Part shown: positions 29,341 to 33,886 of the stretch, piece by piece
How positions within the stretch are numbered: position 1 is the first letter of the stretch
Layout of the letters: each line of letters opens with the position of its first letter
Virus record (IMG/VR): IMGVR_UViG_3300002180_000039
Location: 1-33,886 of that record
Direction: 5' to 3' (one strand)
DNA: 33,886 nt
From: a virus
Taxonomy: Duplodnaviria; Caudoviricetes
Translations under genes and position numbers: made by a program
Notes under the pieces: generated by a model
The model's input: the letters and a program-made list of their open reading frames with translations, nothing else
Databases searched by the model: none
What the model was told of the DNA's origin: nothing

Positions 29341-29429
29341 TACATGACCTTACACCATTTCGGGTTAGATTAAATATAAATATAAAATATCAGTCGTCAG
29401 TATACATAATAAAAAATAAATGTAAAATA

Positions 29430-29489
29430 ATCGTTATTTTATGTTGACGGCGGTGTCAACATAGCATATTATTACCTTACTGAAACGAA
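29430..29489 (+). promoter_or_regulatory. Repeated promoter/operator, copy 1
   Basis: TTGACG (29444), 17 bp, TATTAT (29467); palindrome ATGTTGAC-N6-GTCAACAT; 59/60 identical to 30250-30309. Confidence 0.9.
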
Positions 29490-29512
29490 CAACGACCCGG
29501 AGAAACACAAAA

Positions 29513-29761
29513 ATGAATACTTTTACTAAATGGCTAGAAACTTTCTTAGAAGAAAAGAACGCACCCGCTAAATCATGGGAAATCGACGCGAACGGTACTA
29601 CTCACTTCATCGATTCGGATGTCGTTATCGAAGCAATCAAAACCACATCGGGCCAAGAACAAGCACAAATTAAAAATACTTTGGTAATGATTGATTTCAA
29701 AAATGGCGACATTAATCATTTTTTCGAACATTTGGCACGCGGTTTAGTCGCTAACTACTAA
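29513..29761 (+). CDS. Hypothetical protein (unit 1, gene a)
   Basis: GGAG RBS after the promoter; begins MNTFT. Confidence 0.85.
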   Translation: MNTFTKWLETFLEEKNAPAKSWEIDANGTTHFIDSDVVIEAIKTTSGQEQAQIKNTLVMIDFKNGDINHFFEHLARGLVANY

Positions 29762-29765
29762 TCGA

Positions 29766-29798
29766 ACCGGGGCGAAAGCCCCGAAGGATCTTAAAATG
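29766..29798 (+). repeat. Repeated GNRA hairpin plus RBS, copy 1
   Basis: ACCGGGGC-GAAA-GCCCCGAAGGATCTTAAAATG; 32/33 identical to 30542-30574. Confidence 0.92.
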
Positions 29799-30245
29799 AA
29801 GTATATCTTAGTAACAGGCGGCCAAACTGGTAGAAAATTACATTCAGCACATAGCGGATCGAGTTGTTTGTCGTGCGGCCATTGGACGAAAACCGCCGTT
29901 ACACGTTTTCAAGTTGCCGATAATATCGAACCGGAAACACTCGAAAAATTCAAAAATGACGGGTTTGAATTATGCGAAAAATGTTTTCCTCAATATGCCG
30001 ATACACAAATTAAAAAATATACGGGACCGAAGTATCATTTAAAAAATTTACGTCCTGAACTAGTCGAAGGTAGAATCCTCGCTAAATTATTCAGGGGTTC
30101 GGCTTGTGGTCGTAAAGTCGATTATTTATCAAAATTTAATGATTTTAAAAAAGCATATAAGGAAGATCCGGACAAGTGTTGCAAAGGCTGTACGAAAAGA
30201 ATGTTCGAAATAATGGTGCAAGTTCAGGAAATGAAAATAAATTGA
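29796..30245 (+). CDS. Cys/His-rich putative zinc-binding protein (unit 1, gene b)
   Basis: Two H...CG...CxxC clusters. Confidence 0.8.
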   Translation: MKYILVTGGQTGRKLHSAHSGSSCLSCGHWTKTAVTRFQVADNIEPETLEKFKNDGFELCEKCFPQYADTQIKKYTGPKYHLKNLRPELVEGRILAKLFRGSACGRKVDYLSKFNDFKKAYKEDPDKCCKGCTKRMFEIMVQVQEMKIN

Positions 30246-30249
30246 AAAT

Positions 30250-30309
30250 ATCGTTATTTCATGTTGACGGCGGTGTCAACATAGCATATTATTACCTTAC
30301 TGAAACGAA
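30250..30309 (+). promoter_or_regulatory. Repeated promoter/operator, copy 2
   Basis: Same -35, -10 and palindrome as copy 1, 820 bp downstream. Confidence 0.9.
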
Positions 30310-30325
30310 TTAAGGAATAAACAAA

Positions 30326-30538
30326 ATGAATACTTTTACTGAAAACCAAGAATTATCGGCTCGCTCTATCTGTGACAATGATTGTATTTTTCGTGCGACG
30401 GTTGTTAAGCGTACAGCGAAGACCGTTACTATTAAGGACGACCGCGGCGAACGTCGCTGCAAAATCCATAATCGCGGTGACGGTGAGTTTATTTTCCCAT
30501 ATGGTCAATATTCAATGGCCGCTACTTTCAACGCATAA
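30326..30538 (+). CDS. Small hypothetical protein (unit 2, gene a)
   Basis: TAAGGA RBS; begins MNTFT; RSICD.DCIF...V.KRTAKTVT...P.G.YSMA. Confidence 0.85.
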   Translation: MNTFTENQELSARSICDNDCIFRATVVKRTAKTVTIKDDRGERRCKIHNRGDGEFIFPYGQYSMAATFNA

Positions 30539-30541
30539 CGG

Positions 30542-30574
30542 ACCGGGGCGAGAGCCCCGAAGGATCTTAAAATG
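30542..30574 (+). repeat. Repeated GNRA hairpin plus RBS, copy 2
   Basis: ACCGGGGC-GAGA-GCCCCGAAGGATCTTAAAATG. Confidence 0.92.
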
Positions 30575-30976
30575 GCAAAATTATTAAATGAAGAATTTCC
30601 GATTAATATCAGAATGCACCGGGAAACTTTTAGCGAATTCAGAGCAAGCGAGGAAGGTAGTTACGAAGATATTCAAACAGGCGCTAATGATGAATATTCA
30701 GACCATACAAAACATTTTTATTATTGGTCTGATAAACTCCCTTCTTCCCCTACAATATTAGTGATTCAAGATATTGATCAATTATTCGAAACATATCATC
30801 GATTATGTTCTGGTACTTTTCAAATAGATCAAGAATTTGGAAAAAGTTATTTTAAACATGCTTGTCGAATCGCTGATAAATTGAAACCGATTGTCGATAA
30901 AGTAATCGAAGATAATCGCGCCACCGATCAGCATCGAGAAATATATTTATTAACTACTTACCCGTCGGGATATTAA
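30572..30976 (+). CDS. Hypothetical protein (unit 2, gene b)
   Basis: AAGGA RBS; 3' end overlaps the terL 3' end by 23 bp. Confidence 0.8.
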   Translation: MAKLLNEEFPINIRMHRETFSEFRASEEGSYEDIQTGANDEYSDHTKHFYYWSDKLPSSPTILVIQDIDQLFETYHRLCSGTFQIDQEFGKSYFKHACRIADKLKPIVDKVIEDNRATDQHREIYLLTTYPSGY

Positions 30977-32951
30977 AATACAACGCCTCGGACTCGATAT
31001 AATTCCAGAATTTTTCCCAATCAATCGTCTCGAGTTCGAAATGTTGTATACAAATCGACCACGCTAAGATCTCGACGGCTGCATATCCATAACCCAATAA
31101 ATCGAATAATTCATTCGCAGCATTGCCGGGGCGATACCAGTAATAAACCGTATTTCCTTTATCGTCGATTTTCTCGCGGCGACTCTCGACCGTTAATTCC
31201 TTGAGTTGTTTATCGGTAATGTCCACGGGTGCGTTGAAATGGTGCGGTTTTTGAAGTCCTGAATCCTCGACCCACTCGCGACGAAGGACCGGCGCCATAC
31301 GATCTTTATAATGATCAACTAATATCCGATAACCAATGGTCCCGGCTTGTGTGGTAAATTCGGCGAATTCTTTTATCGTTTGATTCTTCGCGGGACGGTC
31401 ACGACCTAAAATCGGATAGACGCCCGACGCGTAATCCGCGCAAAAATTCGAAACCGTATCATTTGCGTAACCAGCATCGACGAGCGTTAATGCGATTTTA
31501 TATTCTTTCCCGTCATCGGCGGTATATGTGGTTTCTTCGATAAGTTCGCGAAGCCGTCCCCATACTGGACTTGATAATTCGCCGCATTCGTCCTCGTCGT
31601 TTTCAACTTCAAAACGCCAATAATCAACAACGTAACAAATCGAATCACGGGTCCAACCCTTGACCGATACGGCTAAATTCTTTTTATGGACATCGACTTG
31701 ACAAGTTAAAAACAGAATCGACGATCCGGAATGCTGCGCGGCGTACTCGTTAGGAACTTGACCCAATCGATAAACCGCTCGACGATGTGCTGATACAGAC
31801 GTAAATCGAATTTTCGATCCCATGATTTCAAACGGTTCGGCTAAAATATTATTATAGAAAACTTGATATTTGCCGATGTCGCGGACCTTTTTTTCGACTG
31901 GGTCAAATCCGCGTAAATATGAACTAACGCATTTATACCATGGCTGCATACCGATCGGAGAATATAACGCGGGCAAGTGATACGAACGAATTCCCGGTTC
32001 GACAGGTCGTGCCGTGGGGTGCCAATGTGCACCATGATCCGAAGAGAATAATCGTTCCTTATCATGTTCGTAATGTTCGTGCCCGCAATTCTGACAACAA
32101 TATCGAACCGATTCGAGTACGAGACTACCTTCGTCGAGGTCCCATTGAAAACCGCCAATCACGCCCGATTCTTTGTTCACGGTTTCCCATCGTAGCGACT
32201 GAGGGAATCCACAGGATTTGCATAATATATTATAAACGCGTTGATCGCCTCGACGGTATGCCGCTTCGATTTTAGATTTACCCTTGATAAGTGGTGTCGA
32301 GCCTCGACCAATTTTCCGACGTTCCCAATAGCCCGAACAACGATCATCACTTAACGAATCGGGATCACCATCTTTACCAACCTTGTCGGGCCATGCGTCG
32401 ATCTCGTCTTTGAGCATGATGGCGATAGAGTACGAACGCATTTTATCAGCATTCTTCGCACCGAACGGGACCATATAGCCGCCGCCCTCCCATTGTAAAT
32501 GATTCGCCGTTTTACCTGTCTTACGGGTATTCCCTTCATCGCTCGATCGGATAATATGAGCGAACCCGGATTGATTAATCATCGGGATAACATTATTTTC
32601 GATACGTGCCGTCGCGAGTTCTTTATCTGCAGTCATGTACATTAGGGGTAACGTTTTCGCGTGGGCCATATAATACAACATGACCGATTCAAGTAATGTC
32701 GTATAAGTAATTTGTACACCTTTTTTGACATTGACTTCGCGGACCGAACTATCAAGATCAAAACAATCAATAATCTCGCGCATGAATGGGTTAACATCGT
32801 AACGAATATATCCGGGTATTGAGGTTACGGATTCCGGGAGGTATCTATTCGCCTCGTTAAAATCCGACGGTTTCAAATGATCAACGACTTCGGTTAATCC
32901 TTCGATTTCATCGATGACCCAGCCCGCGCCGATGTTAGTTAGTTTAGACAT
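30954..32951 (-). CDS. Terminase large subunit (lambda gpA family)
   Basis: PG....NPFMREI.D, K..Q..YT, DEID.W, STP, GDQR.Y...C..C, Y.C..C, VDV, VDAGY, NE..D...Y. Confidence 0.95.
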   Translation of the reverse strand: MSKLTNIGAGWVIDEIEGLTEVVDHLKPSDFNEANRYLPESVTSIPGYIRYDVNPFMREIIDCFDLDSSVREVNVKKGVQITYTTLLESVMLYYMAHAKTLPLMYMTADKELATARIENNVIPMINQSGFAHIIRSSDEGNTRKTGKTANHLQWEGGGYMVPFGAKNADKMRSYSIAIMLKDEIDAWPDKVGKDGDPDSLSDDRCSGYWERRKIGRGSTPLIKGKSKIEAAYRRGDQRVYNILCKSCGFPQSLRWETVNKESGVIGGFQWDLDEGSLVLESVRYCCQNCGHEHYEHDKERLFSSDHGAHWHPTARPVEPGIRSYHLPALYSPIGMQPWYKCVSSYLRGFDPVEKKVRDIGKYQVFYNNILAEPFEIMGSKIRFTSVSAHRRAVYRLGQVPNEYAAQHSGSSILFLTCQVDVHKKNLAVSVKGWTRDSICYVVDYWRFEVENDEDECGELSSPVWGRLRELIEETTYTADDGKEYKIALTLVDAGYANDTVSNFCADYASGVYPILGRDRPAKNQTIKEFAEFTTQAGTIGYRILVDHYKDRMAPVLRREWVEDSGLQKPHHFNAPVDITDKQLKELTVESRREKIDDKGNTVYYWYRPGNAANELFDLLGYGYAAVEILAWSICIQHFELETIDWEKFWNYIESEALYFNIPTGK

Positions 32952-33798
32952 TATTTAATTGATTCAACGTTCGAGCGACTTTAGCTTTAATCGGTCGTAT
33001 GAATGATGTGATCTGATCCTTGACGAATTTCTCCACGTCATCGAGCGAGCGTTCCGCGGAGTGCATCGCCGTAGCGCGTCGGGCAATTGTTTTCGCACCG
33101 TCCGTCAATAATTTGATATGTGCCGATTCAATCGGATCAATTATTCCCAACTTCACGAGGTCGCGACTTACGAGCTCACCTTTCGCGACGGCATTTTTCA
33201 AACGCTTCTCGTTAATGTCTTCAATCATTTTGATCGACTTGAGCCAATCAAGGAAACGAATATCGGTACCGAACCGGGTCACGAGTTCACGGAGACTCAT
33301 ATCCGCGAAGGCTGTTATATCTTCAGGAATTTCGAGGAGCATCGCTTCGGGATCAATTGTTTCGGGTGTGGCTTTTTTTCGCTTGTCGTTTTTTGCTGCG
33401 ACACCCCGTACGTGTGGTTTTTCTTCGGGTTGTTTTACGGCTGGTGATTCCGAATTAATCCCCGCGGCGGTCATCATAACCAAAATCGACGCGGCCCGGT
33501 TGTACCCGATTTTAAGTCCACGTTGGATATTCGAGGCGGTGAAGCGATTGTTCGTCTGACAATGTCGAATAGCATCTTCGTACAGGGGGTCGATTCCCGG
33601 TGCGGGCGATTCTTGCTGTTCTTCGGTTTTGTTTTTTACGTACGCTACGGCTAAATGATGGTTCGCGTTTATGCGTTTTCCTTCCATCGCGGCGCTAAGT
33701 CCGTTACGTATTGCCTTCGTGACAGCCCCAGCCGAAACCCCCGACATGCGTGAAAATTCAGCTTTACTGACTAATTTTTTTTCTGTTTTCTTTACCAT
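32944..33798 (-). CDS. Terminase small subunit (Nu1-like) with inserted FtsK-gamma-like winged helix
   Basis: N-terminal HTH (SKAEFSRMSGVS..AVTKA); internal DPLYEDA...AS.IQR.LKIGYNRAA; C-terminal LKNA..KGELV; overlaps the terL start. Confidence 0.8.
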   Translation of the reverse strand: MVKKTEKKLVSKAEFSRMSGVSAGAVTKAIRNGLSAAMEGKRINANHHLAVAYVKNKTEEQQESPAPGIDPLYEDAIRHCQTNNRFTASNIQRGLKIGYNRAASILVMMTAAGINSESPAVKQPEEKPHVRGVAAKNDKRKKATPETIDPEAMLLEIPEDITAFADMSLRELVTRFGTDIRFLDWLKSIKMIEDINEKRLKNAVAKGELVSRDLVKLGIIDPIESAHIKLLTDGAKTIARRATAMHSAERSLDDVEKFVKDQITSFIRPIKAKVARTLNQLNNV

Positions 33799-33804
33799 GG
33801 GAGG

Positions 33805-33834
33805 AGTGTAGCGCTCCGACTCCTACGCGGTCAA
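33805..33834 (-). promoter_or_regulatory. Candidate promoter giving a leaderless terS transcript
   Basis: TTGACC, 18 bp, TACACT, 6 nt, ATG; no SD at normal spacing. Confidence 0.5.
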
Positions 33835-33886
33835 GTTTTGGTCAAACTTTGGAAAGTGTGCGAGGGGTGATCGACGGAATCAAAAC

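Noticed and set aside
29431-29459. Minus-strand TTGACA within the palindrome as a leftward promoter
   Set aside because: The matching -10 would be TAACGA, which lacks the conserved final T; the TTGACA is explained by the palindrome.
29430-30574. Island repeats as a CRISPR array, integron attC sites or IS ends
   Set aside because: Only two copies of each, spaced by whole genes; no attC core sites, integrase or transposase are visible.
33020-33559. 179-aa plus-strand ORF opposite terS, and similar antisense ORFs across the late genes
   Set aside because: No RBS or motifs; most are in codon register with the real gene on the other strand, as expected from codon bias.

Overview
A 33.9-kb piece of a tailed dsDNA phage genome (myovirus). 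The left part holds the replication and nucleotide-metabolism genes: an SF2 helicase on the minus strand running off the window edge, then on the plus strand a DUF2800/Cas4-like nuclease, an SSB-like protein, a MazG-like pyrophosphatase, a family-B DNA polymerase, ThyX and an NrdJb-like ORF with no standard start codon. The rest is a minus-strand late region: terminase small and large subunits, lambda-type head genes (gpW, portal, S49 protease/scaffold, decoration, major capsid), a Mu-like contractile tail and baseplate, a beta-helix tailspike and a lysis cassette. No integrase, repressor, tRNA or CRISPR array is visible. The most unusual features are: (1) an opposite-strand island between terL and gpW made of two units with near-identical 60-bp promoter/operator and 33-bp GNRA-hairpin/RBS parts but unrelated cargo genes; (2) an FtsK-gamma-like domain inside the small terminase; (3) a ThyX/NrdJb-like junction that needs an ACG start or a -1 frameshift; (4) a 20-aa motif shared by the DNA polymerase and an upstream protein; (5) a frame swap between the two spanin genes. 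All family assignments come from motif recognition by eye; no database search was run.
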